This document shows, piece after piece, positions 1-10,318 of a DNA stretch of 64,000 nt. Numbering within the stretch: position 1 is the first letter of the stretch; each line of letters begins with the position of its first letter. The DNA comes from Ignavibacteriota bacterium. GTDB lineage: Bacteria; Bacteroidota; Ignavibacteria; UBA10030. The position numbers were made by a program, and so were the translations under genes. The stretch spans positions 64,001 to 128,000 of the forward strand of contig CAVSHO010000011.1 in the NCBI GenBank assembly GCA_963727825.1, read 5' to 3'. A model generated the notes under the pieces. It was not told where the DNA came from. It saw only the letters and a list, made by a program, of their open reading frames with translations, and did not search any database.

Positions 1-3000
1 TGTATTGATAGAATGTCGGGAAGGAAGCTCCTAAATTTAAGTAACTGGAAAATTCACCGACTGTAGCCCCCTGAAAAGGAGAGCTGATATATTTGTAGCC
101 AAACACAGAGGGAAGATATCGTTGCATAGTAACATTTCCGGATACCTGCCCGCTGCCGCTGCCATCAATCAAGGCTGTTTGTGTAGACGTGGAAAGAAGC
201 GTCAGATTTCCATTGGTATTAAGCGGTCCATTGCAAAGCAGGATTCCACTTAATGACATCATCTGATTATTCAATGTGAGGCTGTTCGTTCTGTTAATTG
301 TAAAGTTATTAATAAACGGTGGAATAGTAAAAGTACCTACAGGTATCGTAAAGGCGGCGCCTCCAGTATTTCCTGAAGTGCCGAAAACAAGATTCGAACT
401 TGTAGTAGTTGTTATTGTTCCTGATGTTCTGGCAATCGGATTATCCGAAGTTTGGAATGTAAGTGTATTTGCACCGACAGAAAGGGCTCCATTTGTCAAA
501 GTAAGAGTACAAGTAACAGTAATAGGATTTGAGATCGAAAGTCCTGCGCTGTTATTTAGCGCTAAATAGTTAAAAATAATTGGACTGATTGAGGTGATAT
601 TCTGCGGTGTTGTTCCACTAAAGCTTACCGTATCATTAAGCGCCGTTTGCAATGCACCGCTCGTGACAGTCATATTATTCAGAATTGTTTCGTTTCCGAC
701 TAATATCGCGGTGGCGTTAGTATTGTTCACAAGAATATTATAAATATATGGAAAACTATTGATATTCATAGTTTGAGCAACTGGAGTAGAAGGACCGCCG
801 ATTTGCAGTGTTCCACCGGTAACCGTAAAGTTGGTCAATGTATTTAAATAACCCAAATCAGAGGCTCCACTGCCTCCTTCTTGCTGCACAATAATGCTAC
901 CGTTGGACCATGTAAACGTTGATCCAGCGACCGTCAATTCGATTGGCGAAACAGTGGTTGATGTTGAGCCATATGTAGGCACGGTAAGAACTCCACCGGA
1001 CATGTTGAAGTTAACAACTGTTGTTAAATTGGCACGTTCAATTCTTCCGGCAACATTTACAGCGCCTCCTTCAATGGTGATTGTCCCGCCACTATAGACG
1101 AGTCGATTATCAGGAGCATTGCCGATATTTAACGTTCCCGTGGTTATGTGCAATATACCTGCAACAGATAGATCGCCTCCGATGGTACTCACCACTGCTG
1201 ATAAATTATTAATCCACATTCCAGCCAAAGATGGAATTGTTGGCGATCCCGAGAATGGTATAATATTCGCACTCGTTGACAACTTGAAAGTTCCAGTGAT
1301 TAAAGTAAGAAAACCTGCTGATAACGATGAGAAATGGCTCGAAGTAACTTCCAGTATATCGCTCGATGTTGACCCCACATTCACATTCATAGTATAAAAA
1401 TTAGTTGTAGTTCCGTTTCCTGAAATTGTTTGTGTTCCATAAGGTTTGTTCAATGTAATACCGGCAGCGTTCGACGTACTAAGTCCCAGATTCAATATGC
1501 CGTTATTTATAAGATTGCCGCTGAGGGTAACCGCATGACCTGTTTGTGGTAAAGTTGTATTGATATCAAGCGTAGCATTATTATTAATAGTAATATTACC
1601 GGTAACGGTTAGCGTACGTGCCGCACCGTCGTCCCCTCCGATATGCAATGTACCGCTTGAGCCTTGTCCAACTGTGAGTGAATTGAGTGATGCATTCACA
1701 TCCATTTTTACAATAGTCCCATCGGCAATTGTTACATCTGAATTGGTTGTCGGAACTGAATTTTGCACCCACGTCGACGGTGTATTCCAATTCGTTGATG
1801 CCTTAGATGTGAATGATGCTGCAGGAAGTGTCGCTTTATTGCCAGATAATGCGGAACTCAATCCGCCTTCTGTGAATGCATAAACCTTCCAATAATATGT
1901 AGTATTCGCAACCAGCCCAGACTCATTTGAAGATGTGCTTCCCGCTACGAGTTGCCGGATAAAGGAATATGTAACACCACCATCGTCAGAACGATAAATT
2001 GCATAACCAAGTTCGTTATCCGCAACATCATTCCATGTGAGCGTCATAGAATTAGAAGCCACAATTGGGAAATTCAACGATGTCGGAGTTGCCGGTATAT
2101 TCGGTGTAAACGTGTATTTCGTGATGGACTGCGGCATTGTCAAGAGTTGGTACTGCTGGGTATTTGAGAACGAATTTGTTTTTGCCGTCTGCAAGCAAAG
2201 AAGTTGCGCTGCCGTTGGAGGATTGGGTGAAATAGAAGGCCCATTGATTCCCGTAACATATCCAAAATTAGCTTCTAACGCGATCGTGCCAGACATATTT
2301 CCATAGCAAAACTCAATTACTCCAGTGCTTTCGTGTAGTTTTACCTGGAAGTTCAGTATATCTGTAGTTTCCACCCAACACGACATATTGATCCATTCGA
2401 CAGTGAGTATGCGATTTGGTGCGGTACTATCAACCTGATATTTTACGCTATTACCGAGTGGTACAGTTGTTTGCCATGTTGTTAAATCAAAATAGAACGG
2501 TGCAAGAGCCGTTACTGTCCCAACGCCACCTGAAGAAGCGGAACGCGTCGGATCAACAAAGTCTGTGCTATAAGGCCCATAGGGATTATATTGCTGCAAA
2601 GCGCCTGAACCGCCGTTCCAGCTTGACGTATCAAAATCCATAAAGCCGTTCGTGGAAGCACTAAATTGAGTGTATCGTTTGCCATCATACCAAAAATCGA
2701 AACCAATCGGCACGGGATAACTACGATTGTCATCGTAATAACTGTTGTCACTGATATTGGTAGTCCGCCACGACTCGACTGCAATGCCTGTTGTTGCTAT
2801 GGAATTATATTGTACTCCCGTTGTTATGTACTGGACTGCGTAGTTCGCTACTCCTGAGACTTGAATATTGCCAAGTTGGAAATCGCCAAACCCAGCTATT
2901 CCTGTTGCTTGAGTCGTCGTGGAAGTTCGAGTACCAATTGTCGGAGTGCTCCATGTCCCGCTATTGTATCTTGCAACACTAAAGGAAGCAGGAACCGCAC

Positions 3001-6000
3001 TTGGATCAAGGTCGGCAGAAACAAAAGTAAACACCACATTGTATGTTGTAAACACAATACCGCTGTTTGTAAGTGTCCAGTAACGATTAGCCGTCTTCGA
3101 ACTATTCAATCCTGAAGTGAGAATCTGTGGATGATCACCGGTTGTGGTCGATGCCGTAAGAGATCCCGCTGTTGTGACATTAGCGAATGAAACTGTAACC
3201 GGCGTATATGCAGAAGCATCGCCAATATCAAATGTGTTGCTTGTTACGCCGGTTGCAAAATACCGATTGAGATTTCCGATAACATAACCGCTTGTTCGGC
3301 TGACTGTTCCAGTGGAACTGACAGCAAGAGAATACGCATTTGTTGTTATTGTACCGCTTGTGAAAGTCAGAGTGCCTGCCACAGTAGTATTTACGCCGAG
3401 AACAATGCCAGTCGAATTATTGATCGTTAACTTGTTAAAGGACGTTGCTGTCGACCCACCAATTGTCTGCGTTGCCGCACCGTTGAGATTAACCGTTCCA
3501 CCATTTGCTGTAAACGTTCCGCTGTTACTAAAATTGCCCGCCAAGCTCATTGTGCTCGAAGTCGATACCAGAGTACCCGAACTGATTGTGAGTCCATTCA
3601 AAGTAACAGCATTGGCACCAAAACCTAGTACACCGGCGCCTGCTATTGTTAAGTTATAACTTCCGGCTGAGAGTGTACCACCTATCGTGAGTGTATTTCC
3701 ACTGATAGTGATCTGGTGACTGGCATTCATAGTAACAGTGCCACTACCCAGATTAAGGTTATTGGAACCAATAAAAGAAAAATCACTACTCAAAGTAAGT
3801 GGATAGTTGACAGTGGTTATTGCTCCTCCGTTGCTATTATCGATCGTTCCACCAGCAATGACAAAAGTTCCTGCAACAGTGCCAAGAGCAGAAGCATTAT
3901 TAATTCTTAGAGTACCAGAGTTAAGCGTTGTACCTCCGGTAAAAGTGTTTGCCTGATTCAGAGTTAATGTACCCGTGCCACTATATGTGATACCGCCGGA
4001 ACCGTTTCCAAATACACCAGTTTGAATTACATTTCCACTTCCGTTAAACGTCGTCAAGTATGTCGAGTTAGTTACTGCACCTAAACTTAACTGCGTGACA
4101 CCTCCGACTGCTGGATTGTTTACTGTGTATTTCGGTGCTGCTGTATGCGTTATCGCTCCAAAGGTAACCCCCGCTGTTCCACTCGTCACATTACTGCCAC
4201 CGGCTATAGTTAACGTATAAGCACCAATGCTTAATGTGCCAAGTGTATGAATAATTCCTGCACTTGCTGCAGTTGCCTTGTCAGAAGCAATTGTGGCAGA
4301 TCCACCCATTGTTATATTGTATGCGTTTACACTTGCATTAATAGCTAAATCAAGCGTACCTCCACTAAGTGTTAATGCAGTACCTGCTGCACCGAGCGCC
4401 GCCGTGTTTGCTAATACTAAAGTACCTGTAGTGAGTGTTCGTGTACCACTGAAGGTATTAGACCCTGAAAGTACTAATGTACCTCCTCCACTAACTGTTA
4501 GGTTAACAGCAGAAACGGCACCTGATATTGTCGCAGTACCGCTGGTCTTTGTGCAACTCACACTACCCGTTGTCGTGAATCCGGCGATACTCTGCGTTGC
4601 TGTAGTTCCATCAATTGTAACTCCGCCTGTGCCACTTGTTAATGTGCCAGCATTTATAAAATCTCCATCAAAAGTTAAAAGATAAGTTCCAGGAGTTAAT
4701 GTTGCGCTGGAAACAATTTTTAATGGAACACTTGTGTTATTGCCAATCACTTTGGCAACTCCAAGTGTTACTGTTCCACTATTAATTATTACTCCACCTG
4801 TTGCTACAAATGGTGTAATCCATTCTAGGCCGGCAGTTACTGTTTGGTCATATTGCAATGTCGCCGCTGATCCGTACGTTGGAGCTACTGTTGCTGTCGA
4901 AGTTCCCGCCATATCAAGAATATTGGTGACAGTGACACCTGTCATTGTCTTGGCACCACTTCCAGATAGTCCTAAGTTATAAAAGGTTATACCAGTTGCC
5001 ACGGTTTGGGCACCGGCTCCTGTGTAATTAACCGTGTTCCCAACTGCGGCAACATTAAGCGTTGTAATTGTTGCTACGGCTGGTGTGGAGGTGATATTAA
5101 GTACACCTGTTGCTGCGTTGGTAAATGCAGTAACTGTTCCTGTGCTACCCATATTAAACGTGAGATTATTCGTAACTGTGCCAGAGGTCGTTGTTCCCGC
5201 ACCTGAGCTCGTAACAATTCCATTGTTGGTAAGAGTGGCAATTGAGCATGTTCCGCCAAGGGTAAGTGTTCCTGTCGCACCATTTAATAATGTGCCTGTT
5301 CCTGCTAAAGCTGTTGTAGCATTTATTGTTCCATTATTCGTTAAAGTTACTCCTGTTACTGTAAGGAGTGTTGCACACGTCAAGGTTCCACTATTGGTAT
5401 AAGTTCCTGTAAAGGTTGCTGTTGGAATAGAAGTAGTAGTTGCTCCACTTAATATGTTTGCGGCACCGATAAATGTATGTGTTCCGGTGTTTGCAGTAAA
5501 TGTTGTTGCATTGTTCGTAAAGCTACCTCCAATAGAATATGTTGCAACACCTGTCTCACTCCAAACTGCACCAGAATTTAGAGTTACATCTCCAGTGAAT
5601 GTCTTAGCGCCTGTGCCTGCAAGAGTAAATGTTCCTGTAACTGAAGTAGTACTTGTTACTCCAAGCGTAAAGGTAGCTCCGGTTGTTAAACCACTACCAC
5701 TGCCGATAGTAAGAGTACCAGTAATAGCTAAATTGGACCCTGTAGTCATAACTGCTGTACCAGAAATATTAACATTTCCGCCAACGGTAGTGATCACTGT
5801 TGTCGCAGTTGCTGAACCACTCATGCTAAAATTATTTGTAATTGTAGTGACACCCGTCATTGTTTTGGCACCACTTCCAGATAGTCCTAAGTTATAAAAG
5901 GTTATACCAGTTGCCACGGTTTGGGCACCGGCTCCTGTGTAATTAACCGTGTTCCCAACTGCGGCAACATTAAGCGTTGTAATTGTTGCTACGGCTGGTG

Positions 6001-7579
6001 TGGAGGTGATATTAAGTACACCTGTTGCTGCGTTGGTAAATGCAGTAACTGTTCCTGTGCTACCCATATTAAATGTGAGATTATTCGTAACTGTGCCAGA
6101 GGTCGTTGTTCCCGCACCTGAGCTCGTAACAATTCCATTGTTGGTAAGAGTGGCAATTGAGCATGTTCCGCCAAGGGTAAGTGTTCCTGTCGCACCATTT
6201 AATAATGTGCCTGTTCCTCCTGCTAAAGCTGTTGTAGCATTTATTGTTCCATTATTCGTTAAAGTTACTCCTGTTACTGTAAGGAGTGTTGCACACGTCA
6301 AGGTTCCACTATTGGTATAGGTTCCTGTAAAGGTTGCTGTTGGAATAGAAGTAGTAGTTGCTCCACTTAATATGTTTGCGGCACCGATAAATGTATGTGT
6401 TCCGGTGTTTGCAGTAAAAGTTGTTGCATTGTTCGTAAAGCTACCTCCAATAGAATATGCTGCAATACCTGTTTCACTCCAAACTGCACCGGCATTGAGT
6501 GTGACATCACCCGTGAAGGTTTTTCCAGATGTACCACCAAGAGTTAGTGTGCCTGTAACGTTTGTAGCTCCTGTAACTCCAAGTGTTTGGTTCCCAGCTG
6601 TAGTAAGATTAGTGCCACTGCCTACCGTAAGAATTCCTCCAACTACTCTGCCAGCAGCAAGAGTCCATGTTTTTGTTCCCGATCCTGAGGTTGACAAATT
6701 ATAATAAGCAACATCGATTACGATCTGTGCACCGGCACCGCTGTAATTCACCGTGTTTCCAACAGCGACAACATTAAGCGTTGTAATTGTAGGTACGGTT
6801 GCTGCGCTGATATTAAGTACTCCTGTCGCTGTGTTGGTAAAGGCAGTAACTGTTCCTGTGCTACCCATATTAAATGTGAGATTATTCGTAACAGTGGTAG
6901 AGGTCGTTGTTCCCGTACCTGAGCTCGTAACAATTCCATTATTTGTAAGAGTGGCAACAGAGCAAGTTCCACCAAGGGCAAGCGTTCCTGTCGCACTATT
7001 TAATAATATACCTGTGCCGGCTAATGCTGTTCCAATTGTCAATGAATTATTATTAGTAAGTGTTATTGCGGCTCCCGTAACTGTAACACTTGAAATAGTA
7101 AAAGTTCCGGTAAGCGCCTGGCTGTTGGTGTTGAATGTGTGGACGCCCGTACTTGCCGTAAAAGTCCCACTGTTTGTAATACCACCTTGGAAAGTAGGAG
7201 TTGCCGCAGCTGTTTCAGTCCAAGTAGAACCTGCATTAATTGTTACAGCGCCTGTAACAGTAAACGATATCGCAGCTGAAATGGTTAATGTTGCATTTGT
7301 AGCAGTGCCAAGCGTTATAGATGCCAATGCATTTGCAGGCGCAACGCTAAGAGTTGGTTGAGAACCTGTAAATGAAACCACGCCTATTTGAACAATATCA
7401 CCTACTGCTGAACCTGGAATTCCAACAGGGTTCCAGTTGGTGTTAGTCGCCCAAGCAGCACTTGTAGTGCCAGTCCAATTATAAGTCGCTGCTGTTGCAG
7501 TCGCTCCAAGCGCAACAATAAGTGCAAACGTCATCAGCAGAACGATCAATGTACGCGATATATGAGATTTCTGTTTCAA
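1..7579 (-). CDS. Giant secreted adhesin-like protein (>2,500 aa, 3' end outside window) with Gly/Thr/Asn-rich beta-strand repeats, PATR-like repeats and an FN3 domain
   Basis: Codons at 7577-7579 and 2-4 are in the same frame, and no stop-bounded minus-strand piece appears in the ORF track, so the frame appears continuous (not checked codon by codon). TTG start gives signal peptide MKQKSHISRTLIVLLMTFALIVALGATATA then ATYNWTGTTSAAWATNTNWNP. PATR-like SGTGTLTLNQANTFTGGTTLNSGTL near 3910-3985. FN3 near 1870-2100 (TLTWNDVADNELGYAIYRS...TTYYWKVYA). Confidence 0.85.
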   Translation of the reverse strand, partial: MKQKSHISRTLIVLLMTFALIVALGATATAATYNWTGTTSAAWATNTNWNPVGIPGSAVGDIVQIGVVSFTGSQPTLSVAPANALASITLGTATNATLTISAAISFTVTGAVTINAGSTWTETAAATPTFQGGITNSGTFTASTGVHTFNTNSQALTGTFTISSVTVTGAAITLTNNNSLTIGTALAGTGILLNSATGTLALGGTCSVATLTNNGIVTSSGTGTTTSTTVTNNLTFNMGSTGTVTAFTNTATGVLNISAATVPTITTLNVVAVGNTVNYSGAGAQIVIDVAYYNLSTSGSGTKTWTLAAGRVVGGILTVGSGTNLTTAGNQTLGVTGATNVTGTLTLGGTSGKTFTGDVTLNAGAVWSETGIAAYSIGGSFTNNATTFTANTGTHTFIGAANILSGATTTSIPTATFTGTYTNSGTLTCATLLTVTGVTLTNNGTINATTALAGGTGTLLNGATGTLTLGGTCSIATLTNNGIVTSSGAGTTTSGTVTNNLTFNMGSTGTVTAFTNAATGVLNITSTPAVATITTLNVAAVGNTVNYTGAGAQTVATGITFYNLGLSGSGAKTMTGVTTITNNFSMSGSATATTVITTVGGNVNISGTAVMTTGSNLAITGTLTIGSGSGLTTGATFTLGVTSTTSVTGTFTLAGTGAKTFTGDVTLNSGAVWSETGVATYSIGGSFTNNATTFTANTGTHTFIGAANILSGATTTSIPTATFTGTYTNSGTLTCATLLTVTGVTLTNNGTINATTALAGTGTLLNGATGTLTLGGTCSIATLTNNGIVTSSGAGTTTSGTVTNNLTFNMGSTGTVTAFTNAATGVLNITSTPAVATITTLNVAAVGNTVNYTGAGAQTVATGITFYNLGLSGSGAKTMTGVTVTNILDMAGTSTATVAPTYGSAATLQYDQTVTAGLEWITPFVATGGVIINSGTVTLGVAKVIGNNTSVPLKIVSSATLTPGTYLLTFDGDFINAGTLTSGTGGVTIDGTTATQSIAGFTTTGSVSCTKTSGTATISGAVSAVNLTVSGGGTLVLSGSNTFSGTRTLTTGTLVLANTAALGAAGTALTLSGGTLDLAINASVNAYNITMGGSATIASDKATAASAGIIHTLGTLSIGAYTLTIAGGSNVTSGTAGVTFGAITHTAAPKYTVNNPAVGGVTQLSLGAVTNSTYLTTFNGSGNVIQTGVFGNGSGGITYSGTGTLTLNQANTFTGGTTLNSGTLRINNASALGTVAGTFVIAGGTIDNSNGGAITTVNYPLTLSSDFSFIGSNNLNLGSGTVTMNASHQITISGNTLTIGGTLSAGSYNLTIAGAGVLGFGANAVTLNGLTISSGTLVSTSSTMSLAGNFSNSGTFTANGGTVNLNGAATQTIGGSTATSFNKLTINNSTGIVLGVNTTVAGTLTFTSGTITTNAYSLAVSSTGTVSRTSGYVIGNLNRYFATGVTSNTFDIGDASAYTPVTVSFANVTTAGSLTASTTTGDHPQILTSGLNSSKTANRYWTLTNSGIVFTTYNVVFTFVSADLDPSAVPASFSVARYNSGTWSTPTIGTRTSTTTQATGIAGFGDFQLGNIQVSGVANYAVQYITTGVQYNSIATTGIAVESWRTTNISDNSYYDDNRSYPVPIGFDFWYDGKRYTQFSASTNGFMDFDTSSWNGGSGALQQYNPYGPYSTDFVDPTRSASSGGVGTVTALAPFYFDLTTWQTTVPLGNSVKYQVDSTAPNRILTVEWINMSCWVETTDILNFQVKLHESTGVIEFCYGNMSGTIALEANFGYVTGINGPSISPNPPTAAQLLCLQTAKTNSFSNTQQYQLLTMPQSITKYTFTPNIPATPTSLNFPIVASNSMTLTWNDVADNELGYAIYRSDDGGVTYSFIRQLVAGSTSSNESGLVANTTYYWKVYAFTEGGLSSALSGNKATLPAASFTSKASTNWNTPSTWVQNSVPTTNSDVTIADGTIVKMDVNASLNSLTVGQGSSGTLHIGGDDGAARTLTVTGNITINNNATLDINTTLPQTGHAVTLSGNLINNGILNLGLSTSNAAGITLNKPYGTQTISGNGTTTNFYTMNVNVGSTSSDILEVTSSHFSSLSAGFLTLITGTFKLSTSANIIPFSGSPTIPSLAGMWINNLSAVVSTIGGDLSVAGILHITTGTLNIGNAPDNRLVYSGGTITIEGGAVNVAGRIERANLTTVVNFNMSGGVLTVPTYGSTSTTVSPIELTVAGSTFTWSNGSIIVQQEGGSGASDLGYLNTLTNFTVTGGTLQIGGPSTPVAQTMNINSFPYIYNILVNNTNATAILVGNETILNNMTVTSGALQTALNDTVSFSGTTPQNITSISPIIFNYLALNNSAGLSISNPITVTCTLTLTNGALSVGANTLTFQTSDNPIARTSGTITTTTSSNLVFGTSGNTGGAAFTIPVGTFTIPPFINNFTINRTNSLTLNNQMMSLSGILLCNGPLNTNGNLTLLSTSTQTALIDGSGSGQVSGNVTMQRYLPSVFGYKYISSPFQGATVGEFSSYLNLGASFPTFYQY
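4931..6490. repeat. Near-identical ~640-bp internal direct repeat (4931-5572 and 5846-6490), with a diverged partial third copy at ~6743-7016
   Basis: Sequence identity is visible directly at an offset of 915 nt (918 after an in-frame 3-nt insertion). The shadow ORFs 5006/5921, 5034/5949 and 5074/5989 are duplicated. Confidence 0.95.
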
Positions 7580-7670
7580 GCGAAAAATCTAATAGGTGTT
7601 TCTCAATAATGAATTATATTTCATTGCTTTTTTCATTGTTTTATTTTTACGTTGCTATCGCATTTGATTA

Positions 7671-8552
7671 TCAATGCAGGAGCAATTCCGTTTCCGCAAG
7701 TTTTTCAGATTTTGTGTCCGATTGCGCAGTATAGACTATATGCAATTTTCCTTTTCTGTAATCAATTCCCAAAGTTTTGTCAACATCAACCTTTAATCGG
7801 CGAACCGGATTCGGAGTGTAAACGGCCATCCCCTGAATAAAGCTCACCCGCATTACTTCGCCCTGTGGTGAAATATAATCAATTGCAATATCACCATAGA
7901 CCGACATATTGCCCGTACGGTTAAATGCCATTTTAATAATGGGCATCGTGTCGTTTACCATTTCAAATGATACATCCGATATACTTACCTTGGTTGTAGA
8001 TTCACCGATCCGGATGATGACAGGTACTGTAATACCAAAAACTGGAACTAATTTTATAGAAATAGATGTAGTATCTTTGAGAACTTCTTTTTCGCCGAGT
8101 GGCTTTTCAGCCGGTATCGCTCTGAAATATAGATGCGAGCGATATTCACCGGGTGACATCTGATCAGCTTTGAAAAGTTGTATTTTTACTGCTTGTGCAT
8201 CGTTTGGGGCAAGGATAACACTACGTGGGAAAAAACGAATGTATTTGTCGGCAAAATTCTCCCCGGAATCAGGTTGAGCGATTTCTTCAAATGAACCATC
8301 TTCCTTCATCCTATATTGTACAAAAGAAATATTATACCTGGCTGTATCCATCCCGGTATTGGCAAGATTAAGAGTCTGAGATCTTTTTGATCCTTCAAAA
8401 ACCACTCTTCTTGGAAATACCATTAGGTTGCCTTGCGCCATCAGGTTTGTGGAAGAAAATAGCGCTAATAATATCAATCCTGAAAGGAGAATGATAAAAT
8501 ACTTGTCTTGCACAAATGCAAGTTGGTTTTTTAAGAATTTGAGTGTGTGCAT
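7671..8552 (-). CDS. Fimbrial/PapD-like periplasmic chaperone
   Basis: Signal peptide; LMVFPRRVVF..LNLANTG, FPRSVILAPNDAQAVKI, GEYRSHLYF and FNRTGNMSVYGD motifs typical of chaperones encoded next to DUF4402 genes. Confidence 0.8.
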   Translation of the reverse strand: MHTLKFLKNQLAFVQDKYFIILLSGLILLALFSSTNLMAQGNLMVFPRRVVFEGSKRSQTLNLANTGMDTARYNISFVQYRMKEDGSFEEIAQPDSGENFADKYIRFFPRSVILAPNDAQAVKIQLFKADQMSPGEYRSHLYFRAIPAEKPLGEKEVLKDTTSISIKLVPVFGITVPVIIRIGESTTKVSISDVSFEMVNDTMPIIKMAFNRTGNMSVYGDIAIDYISPQGEVMRVSFIQGMAVYTPNPVRRLKVDVDKTLGIDYRKGKLHIVYTAQSDTKSEKLAETELLLH

Positions 8553-8718
8553 GTCTTTTTATTTTAATAAAATGAGTGATAAATACTTTTGATTAAGAGC
8601 AATGCTACATAGTAGCAAACGTTTTCTAAATGCTCATCATATAGTATTATCCTAATATACAAAAACTACGTACATCATACACCGCCTCATTTTATTTTTC
8701 TTTCAATAAATGCATGTC

Positions 8719-9222
8719 CTAATTATAATTGACCGTTACACATAAACCAGAAGTATTTTTGTAAGTGTCGGCTGCTGTAGATGCAGGTATATTCAATGTA
8801 GCGCCAACATTCACTGTCTGAGTGCCTGCACTCAACTTACCTGTCGAAGCAGGATTACTAACAAATGCACCTATTGTCACACCATCAGTAGTACCATTAA
8901 GTACTATAGGTGAACTTGGCAATGATATAGTATACGTATAACTTCCTGAGCCAGTAACAGCAAAAGAAGCGGCTGTAACCGTTCCTGCGGAAGCAGGAAG
9001 TGTTACACCACCATTTGGTGTGCGTGTACCATCAGGACCCAGGATAACTGTGCCTGATGCTGTGGTTGTAGCTATATTACCGAAAACCATATCAACTGCC
9101 TTAGTTATGCCGATCGGTGTTACAATAGTAACCGCTATGCTGGCCGTCGCAATTGCTTGAGCAAGCGTATTTGTCGAGAATCCGATCAGAAAGAGTGCAA
9201 AATATTTAATTATGTTTTTCAT
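8719..9222 (-). CDS. DUF4402 family pilin-like (spore-coat-U-like) protein
   Basis: Signal peptide; IVTPIGIT..DMVFGNI, VGATL and C-terminal VTVNYN. Confidence 0.85.
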   Translation of the reverse strand: MKNIIKYFALFLIGFSTNTLAQAIATASIAVTIVTPIGITKAVDMVFGNIATTTASGTVILGPDGTRTPNGGVTLPASAGTVTAASFAVTGSGSYTYTISLPSSPIVLNGTTDGVTIGAFVSNPASTGKLSAGTQTVNVGATLNIPASTAADTYKNTSGLCVTVNYN

Positions 9223-9260
9223 TTCACGAACCCCTATAGTTTACGTTATATTTTGAAAAA

Positions 9261-9276
9261 TTCAACTAACGTGCCA
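9261..9276 (-). promoter_or_regulatory. Sigma54-type -24/-12 promoter
   Basis: Minus strand TGGCAC-GTTAG-TTGAA about 40 nt upstream of the DUF4402 start (consensus TGGCAC-N5-TTGC). Confidence 0.65.
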
Positions 9277-9410
9277 GTTAATAGTGCTCTGGTTTCTGTG
9301 AATTTGTTCTATATAGGGTTTGGAAATGAGTGTAATTTCGACAAAACGATCTAATTAACTAAGCGTTTTGTCATTTTTTCATATTATTAATCCCTTCATC
9401 CAAAACTTGT

Positions 9411-9442
9411 AAAAAAAACGCTGCCCATTATAGGCAGCGTTT
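9411..9442 (-). terminator. Intrinsic terminator between the DUF4402 genes
   Basis: AAACGCTGCC-N7-GGCAGCGTTT stem followed by a T-run on the minus strand. Confidence 0.75.
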
Positions 9443-9474
9443 CTCTTTATTGATTATTTTAATGAAAGTATATT

Positions 9475-9978
9475 CTAGTTATAGTTGACCGTTACGGTAA
9501 AGGCTGCACTAACATAAGATCCGGCTGCTGTAGATACAGGTAAATTCAGTGTAGCGCCAACAGTTACTGTCTGGGCACCTGCACTTAACGTACCTGTTGC
9601 AGAAGGAGTACTAGTAAATGTACCAGCCGTTACACCTGCAGTAGTGCCAGTAAGCGTAATAGGTGAACCTGGTAAAGTTATAGCATACGTATAGGCTCCT
9701 TAACCTGTAACATTAAAAGAAGCGGCTGTGACCGTTCCTGCAGTAGCAGGAAGTGTTACACCACCGGTTGATGTGCGTGAACTGGCAGGAGTCAGTACAA
9801 CTGTGCCTACTGTGCCGTTTGTGGCTACATTGCCAAAATTCATATCAACTGTTTTACTGATGCCTATTGGTGTTACAATAGTAGCAGTTGCGGTGGCAGT
9901 TGCACTTGCTTGAGCAAACGCATTTGTCGATAATCCGACTACCATCAAGAGGGCGATGAGAAGAATTAATTTTTTCAT
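9475..9978 (-). pseudogene. Second DUF4402 paralog with internal TAA at 9700-9702
   Basis: The frame continues after the stop (VTG*GAYTYAITLPGSP...VTVNYN). Length is 504 nt, the same as the paralog, which has TCA (Ser) at this codon. Confidence 0.85.
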
Positions 9979-10064
9979 TGTAGTATCCTTTGTATTAAAT
10001 GATTTGTTATTGTTTATTTGTTATTATTTTCATTTATCATCAATTTTATCTTCTGCTACCTACT

Positions 10065-10080
10065 ATCAATCTCTGTGCCA
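10065..10080 (-). promoter_or_regulatory. Sigma54-type -24/-12 promoter
   Basis: Minus strand TGGCAC-AGAGA-TTGAT upstream of the first DUF4402 gene. Confidence 0.65.
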
Positions 10081-10318
10081 ATGCAGATTTCCCTTATTTT
10101 TCGATGATTTTGTGATTTTGTGTTGAAGTGAGCGTATCACTATGATAATTATGGCTCACAATGAGAATTTACTTATTATGCCTCAAAGGAGCAAAATAAA
10201 TAGATAATTGGACTATATATAATTGAATTACGCATCATAATGATACATCGTTGTGTTATCGAGGTTTTAGGATGGCGTTTATTCTATAATTAACGGGATT
10301 CTTAACAAAAAATCACGC

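Noticed and set aside
4931-6490. Diversity-generating retroelement TR/VR pair
   Set aside because: Both copies lie in frame within one gene, differences are few and not obviously adenine-specific, and there is no reverse transcriptase in the window.
276-7361. Many Val/Pro-rich plus-strand ORFs
   Set aside because: They are antisense shadows of the Thr/Gly/Asn-rich giant minus-strand gene, nearly all in one frame.
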